Shown: positions 35,849-45,700 of the stretch, piece after piece
How the letters are laid out: each line of letters opens with the position of its first letter
Position numbering within the stretch: the first letter of the stretch is position 1
IMG/VR virus record: IMGVR_UViG_3300010371_000034
Span: 1 to 64,000 of that record
DNA from: a virus
Length of the DNA: 64,000 bases
Direction: 5' to 3' (one strand)
The notes under the pieces: generated by a model
Database searches by the model: none
What the model was told of the DNA's origin: nothing
What the model saw: only the letters and a program-made list of their open reading frames with translations
Position numbers and translations under genes: made by a program

Positions 35849-36849
35849 CGCACCTCGATCGGCCACCTGTGGTCGATGTTGCCGGACTCGTCGAACGGCC
35901 GCCACGAGAACCGACCGTCGTCCCCCCACCGCACCCTGCGGTAGATGCGCCCAGGCACGTCGTGGATGGTCGCGGTGGTCGAGTGGCACGACGCGCACGA
36001 CCGTTCCAATCCATTGTACCCGACCGGGAACTTGGTTTTGTCGCGGAATGGTATCGAAGTTTCCCAGTCGGAGTCGCCCTTGACCTGCTGGCGGACCTCG
36101 AACACCTGGCCATCGTTGTTGAGCAAGATGTCCAAGGCCCTGGTGCCTTCTGGGAAGCTCCACCGGATAAGCGGCGTCGGCGCGAACGCCCGCACGTCCA
36201 CCGATTGCTTCCACACGACGATCTTCTTTCCCTGCGGCACCTCGATCCTCTTCACGCTCTTGAAGGAGTGGCCCAGCATGCCGCCCGACACCGTCATCTC
36301 CGGGTGCTCGTCGTGCAGCGTATCGACCTGCATGTAGGGGATCGAGTTCATGGTGAATAGGTTCTGGTAGCGCGGAGCCAGTTGGTAGAACCACCCTCGG
36401 CCCAGCTTGACCTCCTTGGGCAGCAGCTTGGCCAAACGCTCCTGCTCAGCTTGCGGCAGCCACGGACCCGCGGCGTCGGCGCTACCGTCAGCAGTTGGTC
36501 GGCCGGGTGAGCCATCGAAAGGGGGTTGGACCAACGCCTCCCTCCCTTCCTGTATCGCTATGTGCACGTTTTCAGGCGTCGGTTCCTTGACTTTGAGCGC
36601 GCTGAACCACCCTCGGCCGTCGGGAGTCAGCACGATCACGCGGGCCGGACCCTCAAGCATCACCTCCATCGACAGCGCGCCGGTGACCGGCTTTATCTTC
36701 TGGTTGACGAACACCACCAGCGGCGTGTTGGCCTTCAGCGACTTGAGCACGGTCGGGTTCTTCTGCGGCAGGCTCAACTGCTGCTCCTGGCCGATGGCGA
36801 CTGCCACCAGCGCCAACACCGCTGCGCACGAACATAGCTTCCACATCAT
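35845..36849 (-). CDS. Exported protein with CxxCH (c-type heme-binding motif)
   Basis: Signal peptide; SCASCH near the C-terminus. Confidence 0.65.
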   Translation of the reverse strand: MMWKLCSCAAVLALVAVAIGQEQQLSLPQKNPTVLKSLKANTPLVVFVNQKIKPVTGALSMEVMLEGPARVIVLTPDGRGWFSALKVKEPTPENVHIAIQEGREALVQPPFDGSPGRPTADGSADAAGPWLPQAEQERLAKLLPKEVKLGRGWFYQLAPRYQNLFTMNSIPYMQVDTLHDEHPEMTVSGGMLGHSFKSVKRIEVPQGKKIVVWKQSVDVRAFAPTPLIRWSFPEGTRALDILLNNDGQVFEVRQQVKGDSDWETSIPFRDKTKFPVGYNGLERSCASCHSTTATIHDVPGRIYRRVRWGDDGRFSWRPFDESGNIDHRWPIEVR

Positions 36850-36907
36850 CTCACCAACCCTCCAAATGGTTGCGGGCGAGGTCCATCGAAACACTACTCC
36901 GGTTGTT

Positions 36908-37036
36908 TCACTTCCTGACTTCTTTGGGTATGCTCGGCCCGCCGTGGCAGGCGGCGCACAGCAGCTTGCCGCTGTTGTTGCGGATCAGCACGCCGCGCCT
37001 GCCGCAGTTCTGGCACTTGCCGTAGGTCGAGGCCAT
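36908..37036 (-). CDS. 42-aa Zn-finger protein
   Basis: CQNC...CAAC; upstream GGAG. Confidence 0.55.
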   Translation of the reverse strand: MASTYGKCQNCGRRGVLIRNNSGKLLCAACHGGPSIPKEVRK

Positions 37037-37037
37037 A

Positions 37038-37334
37038 TCACAACTCCATCAATTCCATTATAGCGACCAGCAGGGCCGAGGTCCGGTTGCGCCGGGTTAT
37101 GTCCTCGTCCCTGTAAAAAGGGGCGTAGAACCGCTCGCTGCCGGAGCTAGGGCCGTAGAGGACGCGGTTGGCATCGGGGGTCGAAGGCGGCACGATGTAG
37201 CCGCCTGACGCGCCGGAAGACTCCTTCAGGCTGGGCTGGACGATGACCGGCTGGGATGGTGGCGGAATCACGCCGGCGGCATATCCCTGCGTCACCAGCT
37301 CGTCGCTCAGTAGTCCTTGAACAATGACGAACAT
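37038..37334 (-). CDS. Small protein with capsid N-arm-like motif
   Basis: MFVIVQGLLS...TQGY...SLKESSGASGGYIVPP. Confidence 0.65.
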   Translation of the reverse strand: MFVIVQGLLSDELVTQGYAAGVIPPPSQPVIVQPSLKESSGASGGYIVPPSTPDANRVLYGPSSGSERFYAPFYRDEDITRRNRTSALLVAIMELMEL

Positions 37335-37447
37335 CAGGAGGCCGCCTTGTATCCCTGGGTGATGACGAAGCTGTAGACGACCGGGCCACCGGCGTACCCC
37401 TGGGAGAGCAATCTGGGCGACAACAGTCCCTGCACCACGATGCACAT
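37334..37447 (-). CDS. 37-aa peptide, paralog of the next gene's N-terminus
   Basis: MCIVVQGLLSPRLLSQGY...TQGY; TGATG coupling. Confidence 0.55.
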   Translation of the reverse strand: MCIVVQGLLSPRLLSQGYAGGPVVYSFVITQGYKAAS

Positions 37448-37448
37448 G

Positions 37449-39878
37449 TTAGGTCCTCGAAGTCGGCGCCGTTGCGCTGTCCAGCGTGAACGTCCTGACC
37501 ACCGTCGTGCCGTTGGCGGCGTACAGGGTCAGCGTGGTTCCCACCAACGTCCACTTGCCGAACCCCTGTGCGCGGGCGGCGTTGAGCGCGTCGCCCACCG
37601 TCTGCGCGGTGTTGCTGGTCGGCACCGCCTGGGTCATGTCTTGCTGCATCACGTCGCCCGGCACCGCGAACCCGGTCGCGGTCACCCAGTGGATCGCGCC
37701 GTAGGACTCGATGCTGGTGACGGCGCCCGACACGTCCGATGCCGCCGCAAGCGTGCTGCCCGGATCGTGACCCGCGAGCGTGCCCAGGTTGGTCGCCAGC
37801 GAGTTGGTCCATTGCGCGGTGCTCAGCGCCGTGGCTGCCGGTGCCCGACCGCTGATGGTGTCGTCTATGTCCGTCGCGAGCAGTAGCCCTATGCTCCCCG
37901 CCACGTTGAAGTCTCCGCCGGCCAGTAGGTCCTGCCACACGGCCGCGGCGTTCTCCGCTGCGGTCGGGGCGGTGGCACCTGGGATGGAATCGAACGGCAG
38001 TACCGCGAACGTGGTGGTGTTGTCTGGAACCACGGACCACGCCGCCACCGTGGCCACCTTGGTCGTGCCGTCGTAAGCAGTGCAGAACCGTGCCTGTCCG
38101 GCACCCGTGCCGCCCGTCAGGTAGATGATGTCGTTGGCGTAGTATCCGTCAGCGGAGCTCGCCGAGGCATCCAGCGTGATTGACGTCGCTCCGCCTGCCT
38201 GCGCCGTGTCGCTGCGGACGGTCTGCAACCCCGTGTCTGGGTCGAACGACGCCCGCGTGATGCCGCCGGCCGCTATACTTCCAACGGTGGTGATCGTGCC
38301 AGCCGTGATGTTGGTGGGCGTCGCCAGGCCCGCCTGTATCGCGGCGACGGCCGTGGCGTTGGGTGCGTTGACCAGGTCCATCTGGTCGCCCGGAACCGCG
38401 AAGCCAACAGCAGTGCTCCAAGTCGAATCTCCGTGACTCGCCAGACCGTCCAAAGTTGTTATCGTTCCGGACGCCTGCACCGGGCTTCCGACGGCGGCCA
38501 AAACCAAGGTCTCATCCGCGATGTCGTTGACAGGTAGCTTGTTGTAGATGCTGGTCAAGTGCATTTGGTCCGTCACGGTGAACACAGCCGTGGCGAAGTC
38601 AACCGTCTGTGCATACGCAGACAGGGTATAGGTGACGGTCGTTATGGTCGCCGAACCGTCGAACCTGATCTGCTCCAGCGTCGGCGTCGACCCCGGCGTG
38701 TAGGTCCAGCGATACACGCCCGTGGCCGGGTTGGTCGCGGCAGACAAATTGGCGGACAAGTCGCCGCTGACCATGCCGGTGGCTGTGAGCGTCGGCGTGG
38801 TGTCGGCATTGACCGCGCTGCCGGTCAGCGCATCATATGTACGCATCTCGACCGTGTACGTCTCATCTGGTTCGTATTGTCCGACAGTGGTCAAGAGTAG
38901 GTGCTTGCTGGCAGATTGGTTGATGGCAGCGATGTCGGCGTGAGAGGCAACCGCACCACCGACGTTGAGATTGTCGATGTATCCCGCCCGCGCACTCGTC
39001 CACTGCGCCGTGCTGAGAGCTGTTGCGGCGAGCGCCCAGTCGCCTTTGCCGTTCAGCGCGCTCGCCGCGATGCCGGCGGCCGTCAGCCAGTTGTTGGGAA
39101 TGCTCGGCAGGTTGGTCAGGTTGGTGGTCGTCGTGATGGTTCCGGCTGTGATGTTCGTGGTACTGGCGATGGTGGCGTTGGGGAAAGTTATCGTGCCCGA
39201 TGCTGACACCGTCTGCCCGTTGAGCTGCTCCGCATCACCCTTGACTAGAGCCGACGCCCCGGTGCCGCTGAAGTTGATAGGCTGCGTTGTGCCCATGTTG
39301 GCGCCCACCGTGGTGACGCTGGTGGTGGCCACACCGTTGATCTTCGCCGCGTCAGCCTGCCCCACGCCGCCCGACACGCTCAGCTGCGCCATACCTGTGC
39401 CTGCCGTGATCAATGCACCGGCTGTCGGGTTGGTGGTGCCCTTCAACCCTTGCAGCGCGAAGTTCACGTCGTAGGGGTTGACCGTCCGCAGCGGTATCGT
39501 CACGTCGCAGTTGCTCATGCCAGAGACGCCGCTGATCGATATCAGCAGGCTCTTGGCGCTGGACACCGCGAAGCGCGCGTCGGCGATCTGTATCTCGTAG
39601 ATGCCGGGATGGTTGGTGTTGTCCACCAGCTTGAACCGACACTTGGTCGCAGTCGGCGCGGCGTAGGTGCCCAGCGTCGTGATGGTCTCGATGGTCGAGC
39701 CGGCCTGGGTGTAGGTAGTCGGCGTCGCCTCGTCGTCGGCGATCGTCGAGATGATCAGGCCGGTGCTTGCGCTGGTCAGCGCCGTTATCCCATTACCTGG
39801 GTTGGCTCCGGTGGTGTCCTGCCGCAGCTTGACCCGCAGGATAATTGACGTCTGTCCGAGCGTGTAGTCGATCAGCAT
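37449..39878 (-). CDS. Large Thr/Ala/Gly-rich fibre-like virion protein
   Basis: 809 aa; internal repeats ATALSTAQWT, TNITAGTITT and GFAVPGD, twice each. Confidence 0.7.
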   Translation of the reverse strand: MLIDYTLGQTSIILRVKLRQDTTGANPGNGITALTSASTGLIISTIADDEATPTTYTQAGSTIETITTLGTYAAPTATKCRFKLVDNTNHPGIYEIQIADARFAVSSAKSLLISISGVSGMSNCDVTIPLRTVNPYDVNFALQGLKGTTNPTAGALITAGTGMAQLSVSGGVGQADAAKINGVATTSVTTVGANMGTTQPINFSGTGASALVKGDAEQLNGQTVSASGTITFPNATIASTTNITAGTITTTTNLTNLPSIPNNWLTAAGIAASALNGKGDWALAATALSTAQWTSARAGYIDNLNVGGAVASHADIAAINQSASKHLLLTTVGQYEPDETYTVEMRTYDALTGSAVNADTTPTLTATGMVSGDLSANLSAATNPATGVYRWTYTPGSTPTLEQIRFDGSATITTVTYTLSAYAQTVDFATAVFTVTDQMHLTSIYNKLPVNDIADETLVLAAVGSPVQASGTITTLDGLASHGDSTWSTAVGFAVPGDQMDLVNAPNATAVAAIQAGLATPTNITAGTITTVGSIAAGGITRASFDPDTGLQTVRSDTAQAGGATSITLDASASSADGYYANDIIYLTGGTGAGQARFCTAYDGTTKVATVAAWSVVPDNTTTFAVLPFDSIPGATAPTAAENAAAVWQDLLAGGDFNVAGSIGLLLATDIDDTISGRAPAATALSTAQWTNSLATNLGTLAGHDPGSTLAAASDVSGAVTSIESYGAIHWVTATGFAVPGDVMQQDMTQAVPTSNTAQTVGDALNAARAQGFGKWTLVGTTLTLYAANGTTVVRTFTLDSATAPTSRT

Positions 39879-40933
39879 TATAAGCTCCCCATGCCCATAG
39901 ATGACATTCCGCCAGTTGAATCATTGTCGAGATACGGCCATACCTGTGCAGTGATGGCAGCTGAACCGCCAAAACGTACACTTTTTCCTGTTCCTGTTGG
40001 CAACGTCCCAGGATTTGAGTATTTGCTCCCAAACCCACTGCTCCAGGGATAGGCTGTCACGTAGGGAGAACCCGCATGACCTACTGAAATATCAGTCCCA
40101 GCCATTGAAAACGATACGCCGTAACCTGATCCAGATGGTAACGTGCCTGGGTTAGAATACTTGGTTCCGAATCCACTTGACCACGGATATGCTGTGATAT
40201 TAGGCGAGTTATTGTGAGCCAGAGCGATATCGTTGCCCGATGGTGAAAATGATACATCCTTGCCTGCAAATCCTGATGGCAATGTTCCAGGATTGGTGTA
40301 TTTTGTTCCAAATCCACTGCTCCAGTGATACGCTGTTATGTACGGAGAGTTGGAATGTCCAATCGCCACATCATTGCCCGAAGGAGCAAATGCAATGGCT
40401 CCTCCGGTTCCAGGTAAGCCTGATACCGGATTAGCGTACTTGGAGCCGAAACCGCTGCTCCAGGGATACGCTGTCACGTATGGAGATGAATTATGTGCTA
40501 CCCCTATGGCATTGCTTGACGGGGTAAAACTAACTTTGTTCCCTTGCCCTGCCGGAAGAGTACCTGGATTGGAGTATTTGCTGCCAAAGCCTGCGCTCCA
40601 AGGATACGCCGTGACAAATGGACTGGTACCATGTGATACCGCGATATCCGATCCAGCAGGCGTAAATGATATTCCAAACGCGTTTCCTGCTGGAAGCGTC
40701 CCTGGGTTGGAGTACTTTGTTCCGAAACCACCGCTCCAGGGATACGCCGTGACAAATGGAGTGATTATATGCGCTACAGCTAAACTCGTCGCTGATAGAG
40801 AAAACCCGACACCGCCACCGGCATTGGACGGCAGTGTCCCTGGGTTAGAATATTTGGAGCCGAAACCGCTGCTCCAGGGATACGCTGTCACGTATGGAGA
40901 TGAATTATGCCCCACGACTATGTAACTCGACAT
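39878..40933 (-). CDS. Seven-repeat beta-propeller-like protein
   Basis: Seven approximately 44-aa repeats H..SPYVTAYPWSSGFGSKYSNPGTLP. Confidence 0.8.
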   Translation of the reverse strand: MSSYIVVGHNSSPYVTAYPWSSGFGSKYSNPGTLPSNAGGGVGFSLSATSLAVAHIITPFVTAYPWSGGFGTKYSNPGTLPAGNAFGISFTPAGSDIAVSHGTSPFVTAYPWSAGFGSKYSNPGTLPAGQGNKVSFTPSSNAIGVAHNSSPYVTAYPWSSGFGSKYANPVSGLPGTGGAIAFAPSGNDVAIGHSNSPYITAYHWSSGFGTKYTNPGTLPSGFAGKDVSFSPSGNDIALAHNNSPNITAYPWSSGFGTKYSNPGTLPSGSGYGVSFSMAGTDISVGHAGSPYVTAYPWSSGFGSKYSNPGTLPTGTGKSVRFGGSAAITAQVWPYLDNDSTGGMSSMGMGSL

Positions 40934-40941
40934 AAAATCGC

Positions 40942-41343
40942 CTACTTCTGTTGAGAAATACGGGTTACAGCAGCCGCTCGCCTCGGACCTTGCGGCAGCT
41001 GCTTGCACAGCCCGCGGTAAACCATCTCGACCATCATCGCCGCCGTCCTGTTGGTGATCAGGTCATGGGTTATCTTGTCGCGCATCTGGAGCTTGGCAGC
41101 GACCAGGTAGTCCTCCGGCATGTCCTTCAGAGCCGCTGCCAGCTTCTCCCGGTCCAGGCCGCGGCAGTGGCGGATGTTCTCCGGCCACTCCTTGGGCACC
41201 GACGGGTCGGCCTCCAGCTCCGCCAGCAGCGACTCGTAGTTGAGCCGGTTCAGCTCGTAGTGGTGGTGCTCCTTCTCGCGCTCCACGATGGCGCGCGCCA
41301 CCACATCGTCCTGGTAATCCTGCGTAACATGATCGTACTTCAC
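40942..41343 (-). CDS. Hypothetical protein
   Basis: 133 aa; RBS GGAGG. Confidence 0.65.
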   Translation of the reverse strand: MKYDHVTQDYQDDVVARAIVEREKEHHHYELNRLNYESLLAELEADPSVPKEWPENIRHCRGLDREKLAAALKDMPEDYLVAAKLQMRDKITHDLITNRTAAMMVEMVYRGLCKQLPQGPRRAAAVTRISQQK

Positions 41344-41355
41344 TGTCAGTCCTCC

Positions 41356-42195
41356 CTATAAGCGAGGCAGGTACCTGCGCTGCGCCAGTTGTTGGATGAA
41401 CGAAAACTGCCTGTCGAGGTGCTCCGACAAGTCGTCCGGAAGCACGCCGACCCACGACTCGCCTATGTCCGGTTCGACAACTTTGCGGACCTCGTGCAGC
41501 CCCATCCCGTAGACCGTGTCGTCTTCCTTGACCATCTGCACCACGTTGTTTGGGTCGCACGTGAACGATTCGACGCCGCACTCCTCGCACACCCGCTTGA
41601 CCGTCTCGATCGGTCGGTGGGTCAGCTCGTGGTACGGCACGATAACCAGCCTGTCCTGCAGCCCGCGCTCGAAGGCGTCTTGCAGGCAGTTGACCACGTA
41701 CCCTATCGTATGGTCGATGCTGCACAGCCGCTCCGCCCTGCCGCGGACGGTAAGCGTGCGGTAGACGTCGTTGCCCGACAGCGGGTGGTCGGTTACGAAC
41801 GACTTGCGGTATAACTTCTCGAACGACGCCACCACGTCCCTGATGTCCCGAATCGGAACTATCACCTTTATCTTGCGTCCCAGCACCGCCTCCAGCAGCT
41901 CGATCTTGGACAGGTGGCCGCGGCTTTTGTCGAATACATGCTTGCCCAGCGACAGTTCGCGTGCGTAGAACCCCTCAACCATCCCGTGCATCGACGCCAC
42001 CACGCGCGGCTCGATCTGCTTCAAGCCTTGGGCGATGAACGTCGGGCGCTGCATCCACACGTCACGCACCGTGCACAGCAGGTCCAGCAGCCCGTCGTTG
42101 GTCGGCGTGCAGTGGTGTCGCGGGCACTGCGCAAGCAGGTTCTGCAGCAGCGTGCTGCCCGACCTCGGCATGCCGGATGAGAAGAATATCGTCAC
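41356..42195 (-). CDS. Sulfotransferase family protein
   Basis: 5'-PSB motif GMPRSGSTLL; 3'-PB motif IRDIRDVVASF. Confidence 0.88.
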   Translation of the reverse strand: MTIFFSSGMPRSGSTLLQNLLAQCPRHHCTPTNDGLLDLLCTVRDVWMQRPTFIAQGLKQIEPRVVASMHGMVEGFYARELSLGKHVFDKSRGHLSKIELLEAVLGRKIKVIVPIRDIRDVVASFEKLYRKSFVTDHPLSGNDVYRTLTVRGRAERLCSIDHTIGYVVNCLQDAFERGLQDRLVIVPYHELTHRPIETVKRVCEECGVESFTCDPNNVVQMVKEDDTVYGMGLHEVRKVVEPDIGESWVGVLPDDLSEHLDRQFSFIQQLAQRRYLPRL

Positions 42196-42204
42196 GCTAT
42201 CTCC

Positions 42205-42756
42205 TTAAACCCGCTCCACCTCGGACACCTTGCCATCGTCCGAGTGCCTGACCACCAGTCGCGTGGGCCTCTCCATCTTCTCCATCCGCTTGACCAGCCC
42301 CGCCAGCGTCGCGATCATCTCCCTATTGGACCGCTCGATCGCACCCATCGTATCGGCGTTGGCCTTGACGAAGGACTTGACCAGCTGCTCGATCGACTCC
42401 GACAGCGCGATCCCTTGGCTTTCGATCGCGTCGACCACGCCTGAGAAATCCACCACGGCGTCTGCCGGCTTGACCGTCACCTCGTTGACCGGCTGCATCA
42501 CCGCAATCGATGCGCTCAGTTGCTTGATCGCCTCCAGCACCACCCCCTGGTCCACCGCTACGCGCTCGTTGTGGAGCAGTACGTCGGCCAATCCCTTCTC
42601 GATACCGTCGGCTAAGCTCTGCTGGTCCACCACCGGCCGGTCGGCCTGGTATTCAAGTGCGTTCAGGCGCTTGACCAATGGCTGGAGCACCCGCTCCTTG
42701 ATCGAGTCCACCAGCGCCTTGACCTTGACGCCGTCGCTGACGGTAATCGCGCTCAT
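42205..42756 (-). CDS. Hypothetical helical protein
   Basis: Coupled to the portal stop; RBS GGAGG. Confidence 0.6.
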   Translation of the reverse strand: MSAITVSDGVKVKALVDSIKERVLQPLVKRLNALEYQADRPVVDQQSLADGIEKGLADVLLHNERVAVDQGVVLEAIKQLSASIAVMQPVNEVTVKPADAVVDFSGVVDAIESQGIALSESIEQLVKSFVKANADTMGAIERSNREMIATLAGLVKRMEKMERPTRLVVRHSDDGKVSEVERV

Positions 42757-45700
42757 AGCACCCCCTCCAGCATCTTGTCGATCTCCTGGCGACAAGCCGC
42801 GTACTCGTCTTGCTCCTTCAGCCGCGGCCGCAGTCGCTTGCCCGCCAGCGCCCCGTGCACGCCCCTGATCGTCTCGGCGACTGCAACCACGGCCGCGATG
42901 TTGCCCGGTATCGGCATCGTCGCCAGCATGCCCACGGCCATCGCCAGCGCTCCCTTGCGCCCGTAGCGGCTCTCAAGCGACAGCCACTTGTCGGCAAGCC
43001 ACCTGCCGGCCTGCTGGACCGACAGCGCCTTGGCCCGCATCTCTCTGGTGGCCGGGTAGACGCGGTCCCGCTTCTCCGCATCGTACAGCTCGCGCAGGTG
43101 GAACTGCACCTCGACGACCATGCCGCAGGGCGTCCGGTAGTTGCGCAGCATGTCCCGGTAGCCGCCCTGGAGCGGCTGCGCGAACCGGTCCTTCTGCCGC
43201 ACCAGCACCAACCGCCCGTCGATCTCCTCGGCCGCGTCCCGCAGCTCTTGCTCGGTGTCTCTAACCACCGACGCCCGCACCACGTCCAGCAGCCGCGACC
43301 AATCGCCGCCGTAGTCCCGCTCGACCTTCTCCTCGGCCCGCTCAAGCGACTTGATCGGAACCTGCACCGCGCCTTCGACGCCTTGCAGCGCCCGGTCCAG
43401 TTCGCCCTGCGCCTGGACCACCAGCGCGTACAGCTCCTCCGGCTTGTCCACCGGCTGCTTGACCATCTCGCCGCCACGCTGCTCGACCTCGGCCAGGATG
43501 TCCGGCCAGGGGGAGCGGCCGTCTATCGCCCGGTCGTCCACGTACAGGTCCGCCACGACCTTGGCGCTGGCTCCCGCGGGCTGGTCGCTGTTGGTGTTGA
43601 TCGAGTCGTATTCTATCCCGCTGCCGTCCAGCTGGTCCTTGATCGCCTGCACGTCGCCGCGGGTCGTCCACACGATGATCTTCCATCCCCGGTTCCGCAG
43701 CGCCGCCAGCGCCTCCCGTGCCCCGTCGCGGACCTCGCCGAAGTGCCCCTCGCCCCGCCAGCCGTCGTACTCCAGGATCGTGCCGTCCAGGTCCACGGCC
43801 ACGGTCTGCTGGTGCTTGTAGACGGTCCAGCCCTTGCGCACCAGCTGCTTGCTCGGCTTGCCGTTTGGCTTGTCAATCTTGCCGCCGTCGGCCTGCGCCT
43901 CTTCGACTTCTTGCGCTTGCTCGTTCGCGTCGTCGGCCTTGCCGCTGTCGCTGACTTCCTCGCTGGGCAGGTCCTCGTTTGACTCCACCGTGCCCAGCTT
44001 GTCGGAGTCTTTGCCGGCTGCCATCGACTCGGAGTACTGCCGCACAAGGTCGGTCAGGTCGTCCCCCTTCTCCTCGACGTTGACCGGCGCTGGCATCGGA
44101 CCGCCCGGACCCTGGACCCACGGGTTGTCGCCGCCCATCGCGTATGGCTTGCGGCCGCGCAGCACCCGGACCTCGTTGGTGGTGATCGCGGGCGGGCTGG
44201 CCTGCATGTCCACTTGGAGGTCGCTGTTGACCTGCGCGGGGTCTGCCGGCGTCAGGTTGTCGTACCATATCCTTGCCTCGCGGACGCCGCCCGACCCGCC
44301 GTGGCCCGACCCGGTCAGACTGGACCACGCGGGAGTCTCCTCGTCGAACTCCTTGGCAAGGTGCTTGGTCTCGACTTCGCCCTCCTGGGCCAGCAGGGGG
44401 TTCAGGCCGTTCTCGCAGTTTCCAGTAACGTGAACCTTGCCATTTCTGCGCACGAAGAACAGACCTGTCGGCACCGTTACACACCACACCGTGCCGTCGT
44501 ACTCAACGGTGCTGCGCATGTCTGGTGATAGCACAACCTCTTGCCTGGTTGATACGTCAACGCGGTACGCTACCTTCCTGTCGCTGCGTGGGTCTGGTTG
44601 TACACATACAGTTGCAGAGAATCCACACTTGACTGCGATCTCTGCAACGTCATCAGCAAGTTGCTTGCTAACCGTCTTGTAATTGGAGCTAGAGTTGCCG
44701 GTGTTCTCGCAGTCCATCCATGCGTGCCCGTCTCCTTCCATAAGAGCATCAAACAGTACCCTCAAGTCCTCAGCCGACCATGACTTTACCTCTTCAGGAA
44801 CGCGCTTGTTCTGGGAACCAATGCCTAGTGATACTAAGTAGTCATAGATTCCCTTGTCGCTCGCTTTCCAAGTGTGGCAACTGGTGTCTCTAGGGTCAAC
44901 CTTGTCTGTCCACTTTAGTGGCAGCGCAAGGATTCCTGCCTTTACTGACTCAAACGTTCTTGTTGATTTCTCTGATTGCGTAATACATATTCCCCACCCT
45001 CCGTTCGTCCTGTCGCAAAGATGCCCCTCACTCAGGTAGAGGCCAAGAAACCGCAACCACACCTTCCTGTCTACGCACCTGTCGTCCAACTCATGCACTA
45101 TATTCCTGCTACCGCATGGGTTGTATGATGGGAATGACACGTACTTCGGCGGGTCAGTTGCTCCTATTAGCGGTGCCGACCTCTTTATCCTGTACGTCGT
45201 GGCAGGCGTCATGTCGTCTATCTTGATCGTTTCCCAGGGGTAGTTCAGGTGTTTCCTTGACGCAGCCGGGAACCGCTGCAAGTGTACCCGATGCCCTGGA
45301 GTCATGCAGGCGTCAACGCGCTGCCCTTGCCACAGGTGCATCGGCCCCTTATACGGCTCAACGACGATCCTAGACGGTTTGTGGTACACCATGCTCTGGG
45401 ATGCTTGATCGTAGCAAGCGACCACAGTATCGTCAGTCAACTCCCAGCACTTCTTCCAACCACAGTCAGTCAAGCACTCCGTGTCATCATCCAAGCACCA
45501 GCCGGCCAGCGTCGCCAGCACCGAGCCGAACGTCATGTCTTGCACCATGCCAAGTGCAGCTTGAGGCGTGCCAAAGCCGGCGCAGATCGCCTTGGCCATC
45601 TGGTCGAACCCCTCCATGTAGGCCATGTCGGTCGGGGAGAACGACAGCGGGGTGACCACCGTGCCGCTGGGGGTGAACAGCGGCTTGCCCACGTTGAACT

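Noticed and set aside
39878-40933. CRISPR array
   Set aside because: The repeats are in-frame coding units without unique spacers; no cas genes.
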